Shown here: piece after piece, positions 47,719-59,231 of the stretch
How the letters are laid out: each line of letters begins with the position of its first letter
Position numbering within the stretch: position 1 is the first letter of the stretch
Origin: Schizosaccharomyces osmophilus
Taxonomy: Eukaryota
DNA length: 64,000 bases
Direction of reading: 5' to 3'
Assembly (NCBI RefSeq): GCF_027921745.1
Contig: NC_079239.1
Span: forward strand, 2,852,001 to 2,916,000
Program-made: the position numbers and the translations under genes
The notes under the pieces: model-generated
Told to the model about the DNA's origin: nothing
Seen by the model: only the letters and a program-made list of their open reading frames with translations
Databases searched by the model: none

Positions 47719-48308
47719 TTTCGTATTCGAGTCCAATGGACAACAATACGCCTTTAAATGACCCTTTTAAGCAAGAATCGCTACAAATAGCGGACGAATA
47801 ATGGCGATTGTATTTGGGAGAAGGCAAACCTGTCTGGCCTTACTTCTTCTCAACTCAAGATAACGAATCCTAACTCAGGCTCCTTAAACTAAAAAGGTAG
47901 AGTAAACAAAAGAACATATTGATTAATTGAAAGCTTAAACATCTTCAAGTAGAAAGATGAATATATTGAATTAATTTTTAAACGTAAATAGAAGGTTCAT
48001 TTCTTACATTAACATGCCTAGCTTACTCTTAACAGTATGTACTCGAAACGAATTGCTATTAATCATGATATTAATCGTCTCATCTATAGCGAAAATGATC
48101 ATTCGCAGACTATACCATTATCCTAGTATTTTGTAATTGTTTTATTAGAAAGTACAAATAATGAAAAAACTACAATCCTCAACATAAAAGGACACGCTTC
48201 CGTCTATTTCATATTTTATAAATCAATGAATTAACTCAAAACTTTTTACTTTGTCTTAAAATTTAACGAATAACAAATACTCTTTCCCATTTTTTTCCAA
48301 AAAACCCA

Positions 48309-50416
48309 TTAATTTTCCAGGAAGAAGTAGTTACCACCAGCCTTTTGTTCCTTATCCATTTGACTTTCATACTTATTGATACGAGGACGAAGAGTGTTGG
48401 GATCACGACGGAAGGTAACATCCAAGTTTCTCAAGAAGGAGTTCATACCAGTAAGAAGAGATTGGGGAGGGTTACATTGAGCATGCTTGGAAGGTTGACC
48501 TTCAAATAGAACAACACGATCAGCCAAGTAAGTAGCCATAATAAAGTCGTGTTCAACAACGAAGGCAGTCTTACGAGAGTTGACAATGAATCTCTTAATA
48601 ACCTTGGAAGTAATGATACGTTGTTCAGAATCCAAATAGGCAGAGGGTTCGTCAATCAAATATATATCGGCGGGCATACCCAAAGCCAAGCAAATAGCAA
48701 CACGCTGCAATTCACCACCTGACAAATTGAGGACCTCTTGATCGATAATGCTGTCAATATTGAGCGGCCTACAAACTTCAGTTTGGAATTTGGCACTCAA
48801 GAAAGCAGAGCGGATTTTCTTGAAGAATAATTGTCGAACTGTACCTTGGAACTTGGGTGCAATGGTTTGAGGCTTCATACTGACCTTAAGTTCAGAAGTC
48901 TTGGCCATGTATTTGATAAAGGTGGTCTTACCAGTACCGTTTTCACCAAGCAAGACAACAATTTCAGCATCAGAGAAACCGCCAGCACCAATAGAAAGTT
49001 TGAAATCACCTTGTTGAATGACATGATTAGGGTAGTTATATTCGGCAGTCCTTTCACTTACAAATTCATCGGCAGCATCGGCCAAGCGGAAAGTCAAAGC
49101 TTCACTACGGAAACGCAAGTTTTCTGTGGGAATGTTGCCATCCAAGAAAATGTTGATACCTTCACGAACCGAGTAAGGCAATGTAACAACACCATAAACT
49201 GAAGCGACACCGTAGAGTACGCAAACAAAATCAGAGAGGTAATCCAAAACGGACAGATCGTGTTCAACAACAATAACATAGTTGGTGGTGCCCAGTAGAC
49301 TACGAATGACCCGACCAGCCTTAAGACGCTGTTTAATATCCAAATAAGATGAGGGTTCGTCAAACATGTATACGTCTGCATTTTGAGTAGCTACGGCAGC
49401 AATAGCGAAACGTTGAAGCTCACCACCTGAAAGGTGTTGGACTTCACGATCCTCAAGATGCTTCAAGTCCATATGGCCGATAACGTCTTCATAGTTGTCA
49501 TTGCTTGCACGGGATTTTAAAAGTGCGCCAACGCGTTTGTCACCAGCTTTAATGGCGCGAGGGATGTGATCAACGTACTGAGGCTTAATTAAGGCCCTGA
49601 TGTTGTCTTCAATAACTTTAGTGAAGAAGTTTTGAAGCTCACTACCACGGAAGTATTTAACAATTTCAGCCCAGTCAGGAGGATTATCGTATCTACCCAA
49701 GTTGGGTTTAAGTTTACCAGACATAATCTTCAAAGCGGTTGATTTACCAATACCGTTGGTACCAACCAATCCCAAAACTTGACCAGGTCGAGGAGTAGGC
49801 AGACGATGAAGTTTGAAAGTGTTTGCAGCATAACGATGAGTGACTTCTTTCTCAAGGTTGGTAGGCAAATTAATGATATTAATAGCGCCAAATGGACATT
49901 TCTTGACGCAAATACCGCAACCAATACATAAGGTTTCACTGATATAGGCGATACGACTGTTAGGAGCCACTTCAATACACAATTTTCCGGTACGCACTAC
50001 AGGGCAAGATCGACGGCACTCTTGACGGCATTTCTAAGAAGCAAACGAGTTAGTAAGATTCTTTGTAAAATTCAGGATGTAATAGAGAGAAAAAACTGTA
50101 TATCTAACACGGATTCGAGAGTTCGAAACCAATTTAGTAAGAAGCTCTTAATTCAGTAGGAATCAAGGGAAGGCTTGTCTCACAGGACTAGACACGATAT
50201 AAAACAAAACAAAACTATTCATTTGAAGATCCTTATGCATTCAACCTGTTCAGACTCCTCTCAATAAGGCATTCTAATAAAGAGGCGGCAAACAGACACG
50301 AATCCGGGCAAAAACAGAAGCTCTGAAATCTCCTTTCAATTTTTTTAAAAACATACCTTTGGTCTGCACTTGTCTTCGTTGACAATGGCGATTCTTGTCA
50401 GACTATTGCTGCTCAT
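48309..50416 (-). CDS. rli1: ABCE1/Rli1 Fe-S ATPase (ribosome recycling); intron 50034-50356
   Basis: Exon 1 [20 protein letters not shown] joined to [23 protein letters not shown]; two ABC cassettes ([16 protein letters not shown]). Confidence 0.96.
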
Positions 50417-51801
50417 CGTGGTTGATAGTGCGTGGTTGGTAAAAGAAAAATTAGGTATTGGATAGTAAGGACTGAAGGCAGCAACTTGTACAACAGAGCC
50501 TGAGTGAGCCAAAAAAAAATAATTATATACAAATAAATTAAAAAAGAAAAGAAAGAAAATAATTAAAAATGAAGCAAAGTTTCATTTCTGAATGGAGACT
50601 TTGAATTTGTCATATATAAAATTTTCCTCTAGCAGAGTTAATCAGTGCTTGTAAGTTATTCAAACTAAATAAGAATTGAATTGTTCTTTTAATAATAAAA
50701 ACCGAAATAATAATCACGTACATACAAGTACGACATCAATTTGACCTTTGACCTCCATCAATGCCTGCATAATCAATCGACAATCATTGCTGTTGTAGAG
50801 CTGCAAAAGGATCTTGTGGATTTCATGTTAAGTAAAACTCCTTGTCATACTTGTTATAATTAGAAAATTAGAAAAAGCAGGCATGTCACCAAACCTCTGT
50901 TCTGTTATATACACCAATATAAACAAGCTCAATCTGCCAAAAACGAATATGAGAATTTCGATGCAATTTCGTATGCACTCAATGGGGAAATCCACGGTAT
51001 GCCATGACTACGAAGGATACATTTAAGAGACTGAATACTTTGCTTCAGCAGCTACTCGAACTTTCCAACAGGGCTTTCTTGGTATACCACCATAAGTATT
51101 CCTAAAGTTGGAGGTTGTAAGATAACTATTATGACATTGATTACTTATTTTTTGGTGAAATATCCGTTTAAAATTTGTTTCCACCCATTTCCTTCGAGTA
51201 ATATATGAATATGATATACCCATTAGTATCATTACCAGAAGCAAGCAGCATATTTGAAGAAAATCATTCTCATTTCATTAATCCATTTGCTTAGTGGAAG
51301 TCTTTCAAACACAAAAGATAATTTACTACAACTTGACTTCTCTTTTGTTAAACCTTGCGATTGCATAATGGAGTGGATTTACAAGAGAGCGATGCTTTTC
51401 TTCATCGGTGAAAAACCGAGAAATTCTGTGCAATAAATACTTTGTTTTATATTTCTTAAAACTCTTCTTTATAACATAACGCTTTAGCAAGACATTGTTC
51501 TTTTTTCCTATACCCATTGAATGATTCCTCTCTATTCTCGATCGAAAGTTTTTATTTTTATTTCATTTTATCAAATGAAATATTTAATAAAAAACATTTG
51601 CAAAAAGAAACCGACAAAGTCTTCTTTTCTTTCACCAATATACTCTTTTATTTTATTTTATTTATTTACTTTGGTAATTACGTTCTACCGCTTTAAAAAA
51701 GTTAAGGCTATCTTTTTTTCACCGTATCAGTACTCAACGCAAGCGTGCGGTTCGATAACTGAATTGCCAAAACAAAGGCTACAATGGCGAATATTTGATA
51801 G

Positions 51802-51840
51802 CAGTCACAAGGGCACCGCTATCTTACTAGTATATATAAA
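51802..51840 (+). promoter_or_regulatory. HomolD box (CAGTCACA, 51802-51809) and TATA element (51831-51840) upstream of sam1
   Basis: Exact HomolD octamer and TATATATAAA, 180-220 bp upstream of the ATG. Confidence 0.5.
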
Positions 51841-52020
51841 CCGAGATGGCTTTAGCAAAAATATAAGAAACGCGAGTAGCAAGGTCTAGGGTGGTATTCC
51901 TTCTTTTCTCCCCTTTTTTTTTTGATTCATAGAACCTATACCTGAAGGTATTTCCGTAACATTTAAAAACCTTTAATCTTAATTTTTCTCCGTTGAAATT
52001 TTCATTTTTCTTTCGTTAAT

Positions 52021-53169
52021 ATGGCTCAAACATTCTTGTTTACCTCTGAATCCGTCGGTGAAGGTCACCCCGACAAAATCTGTGATCAAATTTCTGATGC
52101 CATCTTGGATGCTTGTTTAAAGGAAGATCCCCTTTCCAAGGTTGCTTGTGAAACTGCTGCCAAGACTGGTATGATTATGGTTTTTGGTGAAATTACCACG
52201 CGTTCTCAAGTTGACTACCAAAAAATTATTCGTAACACCATCAAGACTATCGGTTACGACAACTCTGAAAAGGGTTTTGATCACAAGACTTGCAACGTTC
52301 TTGTTGCCATCGAACAACAATCTCCTGATATCGCTCAAGGTCTCCACTATGAGAAGGCTTTAGAGGAACTCGGTGCTGGTGACCAAGGTATTATGTTTGG
52401 TTATGCCTCTGACGAGACCCCTGAGTTGCTCCCTTTAACCATTCTTCTTGCTCATCGCCTCAATGCCGCCATGTCCAAGGCCCGTCGTGATGGCACCCTC
52501 CCTTGGTTGCGTCCTGACACCAAGACCCAAGTTACCGTTGAATACGAAGAAAACAAGGGCGCTGTTATTCCCAAGCGCGTTCATACCATTGTCGTCTCTG
52601 CTCAACACGCTGAAGAAATTTCCACCCAAGAATTGCGTACCGAAATCTTAAACAAGGTTATCAAGACCACTGTTCCTAGCCATTTGTTGGATGATCAAAC
52701 GGTCTATCATATTCAACCCTCCGGCCGTTTCGTTGTCGGTGGTCCTCAAGGTGATGCTGGTCTCACTGGTAGAAAGATCATTGTTGATACCTACGGTGGC
52801 TGGGGTGCCCACGGTGGTGGTGCTTTCTCTGGTAAGGATTACTCCAAGGTTGATCGTTCAGCTGCTTATGCCGCTCGCTGGATTGCTAAATCCTTGGTTG
52901 CTGCTGGCTTGGCTCGTCGTTGCTTGGTCCAATTATCCTATGCTATCGGTGTTGCCGAACCCCTTTCCATTTTTGTTAACACTTACGAAACCTCCTCCAA
53001 AACCTCTGCCGAGCTTGTTGAGATTATTCGCAAAAACTTTGACCTTCGTCCTGGTGTTTTGGTGAAGAGCCTCCGCTTGCAAACTCCTTTCTATCTTTCC
53101 ACAGCTTCTTATGGACACTTCACTGACCAATCTAAGCCTTGGGAACAACCCCATAAGCTTGAATACTAA
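52021..53169 (+). CDS. sam1: S-adenosylmethionine synthetase
   Basis: [19 protein letters not shown] and GGGAFSGKD signatures; strong codon bias. Confidence 0.97.
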   Translation: MAQTFLFTSESVGEGHPDKICDQISDAILDACLKEDPLSKVACETAAKTGMIMVFGEITTRSQVDYQKIIRNTIKTIGYDNSEKGFDHKTCNVLVAIEQQSPDIAQGLHYEKALEELGAGDQGIMFGYASDETPELLPLTILLAHRLNAAMSKARRDGTLPWLRPDTKTQVTVEYEENKGAVIPKRVHTIVVSAQHAEEISTQELRTEILNKVIKTTVPSHLLDDQTVYHIQPSGRFVVGGPQGDAGLTGRKIIVDTYGGWGAHGGGAFSGKDYSKVDRSAAYAARWIAKSLVAAGLARRCLVQLSYAIGVAEPLSIFVNTYETSSKTSAELVEIIRKNFDLRPGVLVKSLRLQTPFYLSTASYGHFTDQSKPWEQPHKLEY

Positions 53170-53877
53170 AGAGTTTGTTGAACATATTTTTAACTAGACA
53201 TTTGTCCGTTCTGTTGTGTTTGCTTAATATCTCCCCGTTAATTTTAGAAAAAATATTTGTCGGCTCGGGAAGTCGCATCTATGAGCAACGAGTTTCAATA
53301 ATACCCATTTTTTGATTGGCATGTATTTTGTCAAAATCCTGATCACGTTTGACATTTGAAGAATCTAATCGACAACTTGGCAATCAGGTAGGCACAAATT
53401 CAACCTTTGTGTCTATGACTCCATCTCGAGGTTGATGAGGCACTTTACCCTTTAGTTCTTTGTTTGCATTTTTTTCATTTCGTTGTATTTCTTTAGGTTA
53501 GTTATTTCGGTATTGTGCCTTTGAGACTTTTTTATGATAGTTATATCGTCGTACCTGCTTTCAACTAGTAGGCCACCTTCGTTCTTGATTAATCATTTCA
53601 ATATTAATTACCACTTATTATAATTTACTAAAATTACTTTGTCATGAAGGATTGTAGAGGCTGCTGCGGCTTGAAGAATGTTAGACTTTGGAATGGATTG
53701 TCCGCTTGACCGACTATGGAATAGCGTGTAAAGAAAAGAGACTAGAACGCTTGTGGGAGGAAGAGTATGTATAATGAAAATAGCAAGCTGTTTCGTAGAG
53801 CACAGCCGATACAAATTGCCTGGATAAAAAATGTAAAATGAAAATTCCAACTATATTTATTCTAGTTGCAAAAAGAT

Positions 53878-53949
53878 GGGCTTCGAGGGGGCTCGAACCC
53901 CTGACCACTTCGACCCAAACGAAGTATGCTACCACTACACCACGAAGCC
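53878..53949 (-). tRNA. tRNA-Pro (anticodon TGG), intronless
   Basis: GGCTTCG/CGAAGCC acceptor stem, D-arm TGGTGTAGTGGTAGCA, CTTCG-TTTGGGT-CGAAG anticodon arm, GGGG-TTCGAGC-CCCC T-arm and a downstream TTTT. Confidence 0.95.
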
Positions 53950-54421
53950 ATTGTTGAGATTATAGGAAATGAAAACGTATATATGAAGTACCAATTTAAG
54001 TAAGGAATGAGGATCTTGCTTGAATCAGAAATGCAAGGACATTACAGAGCTGGCGTAGCAGGGTTGGTAAAATTCATAAAGGTTGTAGAATTCAAATTTC
54101 TTTTCTCGTAGACATAGGATTTCTTAACGTTTTGTTTACTGTTTAAAGAGGCGGTACGATAGAGCGGTAATCATATTTCTGTAACGTCATAATAATACAG
54201 TCCTATATGAGGAATAAATTTTCTAATTTTTGAGTGTAACGTTTTCGTTGTTTTGACATTCTTTTATTTTATTTATTATTCAAGAAACTTGAAAGAATCG
54301 AGATAGATTGGAATTTGAAGAATTGTTTTGCTTTTCTAGTTTTTAGTATTGCTTTTATTGGTGCCTTAATAAGAGCGAAAGAATTGGATTTAAGCAGCAA
54401 GAGTTTGATGCCAGAGACACA

Positions 54422-55258
54422 ATGACTTCTTTGAATATTATTTTGCAAAAAGTAGTGCAGTTTTATGAAAAGCAGCCGAAGCCAGAGGGACGACCCTTCA
54501 TACTAGGGATTTCAGGGCCTCAGGGATCGGGAAAGAGTACTTTGGCGTTAACGTTAAAAGAGGCATTGGAACGAAGCAAAGGAAAAGTGGTCGTTAACAT
54601 TTCCCTGGACGATTTTTACTTGACCCATAAAGAGCAAGTGAATTTAGCAGAATCCCATGCAGACAACCCGTTAATTCAACATCGTGGTCTCGCAGGCACA
54701 CATGATGTGGAATTTTTAAAGAATGTCTTGGATGCGCTTCGAAATCCCACCGATACTCCTATAGAAATTCCAGTTTACGACAAATCCAAATTTAACGGAT
54801 ATGGAGACCGCGGGGACAAGTCAAAATGGCAAGTGGTTTCCCCAAAAGAGGTGGATTTAGTGATTTTCGAAGGATGGATGGTTGGCTTCGAAGCCATGGA
54901 CCCATGCATGGTGTCTGTGCGAGCTCGTTCCACAAAATGGCAATGTTTGGAAGACAGCCTGCTGTGGGTCAATGAACAGCTGAAACGCTATGAATCCGTT
55001 TTTAGAAAAATCGATTCCCTTGTCCAATTGGAAGCTCAAGAAATCAAATACGTTTATGAATGGCGTCTCCAACAAGAACATACACTCAAAACCCTTATCC
55101 ATGCAGGTATGTCGGATGAAGAAGTCAAAATCTTTGTCAACAATTACATGCCACAATACATTCTGTACCTTGGTACATTGTCCAACAAGGTACATTTAAA
55201 CCCTCGTTGTTTAGAAATCATTCTCGATGAAAATCGATGGCCCATTGTAATTCACTAA
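54422..55258 (+). CDS. P-loop kinase of the GLYK/Tda10 (glycerate kinase, Mug58-like) family
   Basis: GISGPQGSGKST, SLDDFYLTH, RGLAGTHD, PVYDKSKFNGYGDR, FEGWMVGF and WRLQQEH motifs. Confidence 0.87.
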   Translation: MTSLNIILQKVVQFYEKQPKPEGRPFILGISGPQGSGKSTLALTLKEALERSKGKVVVNISLDDFYLTHKEQVNLAESHADNPLIQHRGLAGTHDVEFLKNVLDALRNPTDTPIEIPVYDKSKFNGYGDRGDKSKWQVVSPKEVDLVIFEGWMVGFEAMDPCMVSVRARSTKWQCLEDSLLWVNEQLKRYESVFRKIDSLVQLEAQEIKYVYEWRLQQEHTLKTLIHAGMSDEEVKIFVNNYMPQYILYLGTLSNKVHLNPRCLEIILDENRWPIVIH

Positions 55259-56010
55259 ACCACAAGTTGGGTCCCTGACAAACATGATGAACACTTAAAA
55301 AAAAAATATCGCCTCTTTTTTTTTCAGTCCTATACCTATTCCTTTTGTTTTTCTTTTTTTCCCTTTTTTCTTTTTTGATGAACTCATGAACTACTTCACG
55401 GTAGGGAAGGACCGTAGCGAAAAAAGGCAACAAGCACTTCCATCCAGGGATTTCATGGAAACATTCGCCTAGACCATTGGAAGGGAACGAAGAGATTGCC
55501 ATGCACAGTTCGTTCCATTACACCAGGGAAAAAGTTACTTTTTCCCTGTTTCTTTCTCAGGTCTTTTGTTTTTTTTCGCAAGCTGTTTTTATTCTCACAA
55601 TATTATTACGTACATTGTATAGCCAAAAGAAAAGAGATAGCGGTTCACCTTCCCCATCAGTATCTTAGATTACATAGCAGTCCCTTATATAAATTTGCAT
55701 TATGCATGATACTACAAAGCGAATTGCAAAAGTAAATAGGAAAAGTTAGTGTATTGCTTTCCATTATAATAACAATGCTACGTTAGCAATGGGTAATTGA
55801 AATAACGATATCTTGAGAGACTGAATGTTTTGCTGTGGAGTCCCGCCACTATCACATTGTACTATCATTGGAGATATGAGACGTTAAACTCCAAACTAAT
55901 TCAAGAGAATGGATCGACTTTCTAACTAGCATATAAAGAAATGTAGCATAAAACAATACACAAAGGTTTTTTCTTTATTCTTTCTTATACGATTCATTGT
56001 TTGTTTTTGT

Positions 56011-56042
56011 ACGGTCTGAAATGGCGTGAGGCCTCAGACCAT
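56011..56042. promoter_or_regulatory. Putative Sre1 (SREBP) element array in the erg25 promoter
   Basis: ACGGTCTGAA, ATGGCGTGAG and CTCAGACCAT decamers about 30 bp upstream of a TATATATA element. Confidence 0.45.
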
Positions 56043-56311
56043 TTTTACGTCCTTTCTGTTTACTACCGTATATATACATACACCGCCTGTCCTTTGCGAA
56101 GGCTCTCAGAATTCTTTCCTGCCGTCAACAAACATTGACACACGGATTGAGGTCGTTTTAGAATCCTGCTTTCTTTGTAAATTTAGTGAAAAACAAACAC
56201 GTAAAAAGAATATTTAGCTGTTAAAAAACGGCTAGCTTGTTTAGAAACGTCTTATTGTCTCCTGCCATCATCTTTACAGAAGCGATAAGCGTTGGGTAAT
56301 TGTCTTTGAAA

Positions 56312-57205
56312 ATGAACGCTACTACAGAAGCTATTATCGGCGGCGGCTTTCAAGCTATTCGTCAACAAATCCAACTAGTTCATCCTGAACTGAATTTTTT
56401 CGAACAAGTATGGATGGCTTACTACAAGTGGTTCGATAACGATGTCGTCGCCACTGGCTTAATGTCTTTTATTCTTCACGAAGTACTATACTTTGGTCGC
56501 TGTATCCCTTGGATGATTATCGATGCTCTCCCCTATTTCCGTCGCTGGAAAATTCAACCCAAGAAGGTTCCCTCTCTTGCTGAACAATGGGAATGTACTC
56601 GCTTGGTTCTTTTGTCTCACTTTACCGTTGAACTTCCTCAAATTTGGCTTTTTGACCCCATGTGTGCCATGTTTGGTCTCTCTACTACTGTTCCCTTCCC
56701 TTCCATTACAAAAATTGCTTGGCAACTGGCCATCTTCTTCTTTCTCGAGGACACCTGGCATTACTGGGCTCATCGCCTTTTCCACTACGGGATTTTCTAT
56801 CGTATCATTCACAAGGTTCACCATCGCTACAGTGCTCCCTTTGGTCTCTCTGCTGAATATGCCCACCCTCTCGAAATTGTCTTGCTCGGTGCCGGTACTG
56901 TCGCTGTCCCTCTCATGTGGTGTTACTTTACTCATGACTTGCATTTGGTCACTATGTACATTTGGATCATGCTTCGTCTTTTCCAAGCCGTTGACTCTCA
57001 CTCTGGTTACGACTTCCCCTGGTCTTTGAACAAGCTCATGCCCATCTGGGCCGGTGCTGAACACCATGACTACCACCACATGGCTTTCAAGGACAACTAC
57101 TCTAGCTCTTTCCGCTGGTGGGATTCCGTCCTCCACACCGACAAAAACTTTCATAACCACAAGGCTCGCAAGATTGCCAGTGAACGCACTAAAAAAGCCA
57201 CTTAA
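56312..57205 (+). CDS. erg25: C-4 methylsterol oxidase
   Basis: His boxes [14 protein letters not shown] and HHDYHH, plus AEYAHPLE. First ATG at 56312. Confidence 0.95.
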   Translation: MNATTEAIIGGGFQAIRQQIQLVHPELNFFEQVWMAYYKWFDNDVVATGLMSFILHEVLYFGRCIPWMIIDALPYFRRWKIQPKKVPSLAEQWECTRLVLLSHFTVELPQIWLFDPMCAMFGLSTTVPFPSITKIAWQLAIFFFLEDTWHYWAHRLFHYGIFYRIIHKVHHRYSAPFGLSAEYAHPLEIVLLGAGTVAVPLMWCYFTHDLHLVTMYIWIMLRLFQAVDSHSGYDFPWSLNKLMPIWAGAEHHDYHHMAFKDNYSSSFRWWDSVLHTDKNFHNHKARKIASERTKKAT

Positions 57206-57929
57206 ATCTACCCTATAACCGTGCATCCATCAGCTCTCTCGCTGTTGGTTTCTGTTTTTTTCTTCTATAATGAATTTGGTTTGTCATGATGCAACACTTT
57301 TTAATTAACCTTTTGGCCGTTGTTTCTTTCGGGTTTGGTATACTTTCCTCAAACGTTTTCCTCTTACTCGCCTACTTGGACTGATTCGCTGTGATTTCTC
57401 GTATCTTCGTTTTCGTCTTCATTCCCCCTGTCTATATGTTCGCTCCAATGGGTGCGTTCCACTTTTGTTTCCTTTCTTATTTCTTTTCAGCACCTTTTCC
57501 ACACATCTAACATCGTTAGGAAGTACTACAAATGCCTATGATAGTTTTTATATGAATTCTCTGCATATTTCCAAATGTCGCAAGTCGGGTCATGAAGGGT
57601 GTGTACTTTTGTCTGAGTAGATTTCGGTTTTCTTGTTTTCTTTAGTTTAATACATTCGTTCGATTCCTCTTCGTCTTATGCAATTGTTAGTTGTAGAAAC
57701 CTTGTAGCGACAGGTGTGTTGATTGTAAAGTGTACGCTCCTATTGTATGTGCATGGACATAGAGTGTAGAACAGAACCCTACCTTCTTTTGAGTTGAAGA
57801 ATTGTAGAGTTACGCTCAACTTTACCAGAAAAGTCGAGGGCAATTATCTGCAGCTACTCACTTTATGCGCTGCCTACCACTTCAACTAGTTAAGGAACAG
57901 ATATCCCGTCACTGCATTGCTGAAACTTG

Positions 57930-59231
57930 ATGGAAAAAACCAAAGCATACGAAGATAAATTACAAGATGAAGCAAAACATGTTTCTATAGAAGAGCAGAG
58001 ACTTTCTAGGGCTTCCAGATTGCCGTTTCGTGTAGTCATTTTTGGAGATTTCAAGAAGATCAGCCGTATTTTAAAGTCAGTGTTTTTCATCAATCATTTA
58101 AAGACAGTCGAAACGTTTGAATTTGGAAGAAGCCTTGCAAGTGACGAAAATCCTCATTTTGTAGCGACCTGTGCGAATCTGTGTTCATCAAATTGCTTAC
58201 CCATCCTATCATGGATAAAACAACAACAGGAGGACTCAAGTCTTTACAGGCTTCACTGCATATGGTGGGTTGCCGATCTGAATACTATTACCTCCGATGA
58301 TATCCTTTTGCTGCGGTATTTTCAAGGATGCCGGGTACCTATTATAAGTATTCTTTATGCCTTAAAGAGTTTGGTAGGAGATCTCCACAAACGTTACCGT
58401 GAAAGGGACGTATTAAATACCACTCCAAGCGTCAACGACGGGAAGGAGGAAGATGGAAACCTTCGTCTAGCGAAGAAGAAGTTTTTGCTTTTGTCTATGC
58501 TTTCAACCGTTTCCTACAAAAATGAGGTAGTGCATACAACATGTCTTGCTCTAGATAAAGACGAGTCATATCTTACGTTTGTAGCTGCTCAACAAGAGGA
58601 CCCTCATTGCAAATTTCATGCAGGCATTTTAAGAGGAGTGCTGCAACTTATAATAGCTACCTCCGCAGCTACTACCCCATTAGCCATTCCCTTTTCGACA
58701 ATTGGAATTGAGAAGTTAGCGATTAGTCGACTATGCATAGACATTATTCAAATATGGGATATTTGCCCGGAGTCTGACTCCTTAAGAAATGAGATTTTGA
58801 CTCAGATTCCAAAGCCGGAGGATATTATTATGGAAGTTGGAAAATCTATTTTCATGATAATGTTTGTACCGCTGTGGTTTATTAAGGGATTATGGGAAGT
58901 TCCAGCTGCTGCCAAGCTTATCATTGCAAGCCTTGCTGATGTCAGCCTTCCTATGGAACGCATGTATTATTTTGTCAAAGCCGGGGGACAACTGGATCCT
59001 CCAATTATCTCTCTTTTTTTTCACTTTTATAAGGTGTATGTTCAGCCGAAGATGATGGAGTACCTAAAAGAATCGACTACTTTTAACATTGTTTCAGGGT
59101 TTTCTACTACATTGGTGTACCATGAAGCAGTGCGAGTACTTCAAAGATTTCGCTATGTTTCCAAATCAAAAGCAGAAGATTTGAAGCTTCCCCACATTGA
59201 TCCAGAGGACGAGTCTTTTTTATTTGAGTAA
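57930..59231 (+). CDS. Uncharacterised protein, possibly a degenerate GTPase-fold protein with a hydrophobic C-terminal domain
   Basis: 433-aa ORF with no securely recognised intact catalytic motif (see findings). Confidence 0.7.
   Translation: MEKTKAYEDKLQDEAKHVSIEEQRLSRASRLPFRVVIFGDFKKISRILKSVFFINHLKTVETFEFGRSLASDENPHFVATCANLCSSNCLPILSWIKQQQEDSSLYRLHCIWWVADLNTITSDDILLLRYFQGCRVPIISILYALKSLVGDLHKRYRERDVLNTTPSVNDGKEEDGNLRLAKKKFLLLSMLSTVSYKNEVVHTTCLALDKDESYLTFVAAQQEDPHCKFHAGILRGVLQLIIATSAATTPLAIPFSTIGIEKLAISRLCIDIIQIWDICPESDSLRNEILTQIPKPEDIIMEVGKSIFMIMFVPLWFIKGLWEVPAAAKLIIASLADVSLPMERMYYFVKAGGQLDPPIISLFFHFYKVYVQPKMMEYLKESTTFNIVSGFSTTLVYHEAVRVLQRFRYVSKSKAEDLKLPHIDPEDESFLFE

Noticed and set aside
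51521..51889. 122-aa ORF upstream of sam1 (and similar ORFs at 59153-59599 and 12313-12660)
   Set aside because: Phe/Ile/Lys-rich translations typical of AT-rich non-coding DNA, overlapping promoter or terminator sequence.
53170..54060. METTL16-type TACAGAGAA hairpin downstream of sam1, as in MAT2A
   Set aside because: No exact motif; the nearest partial match (TACAGAGC, about 54043) lies beyond the tRNA.
56486..57226. 246-aa antisense ORF over erg25
   Set aside because: It mirrors a strongly codon-biased gene, which depletes antisense stops, and has no recognisable motifs.
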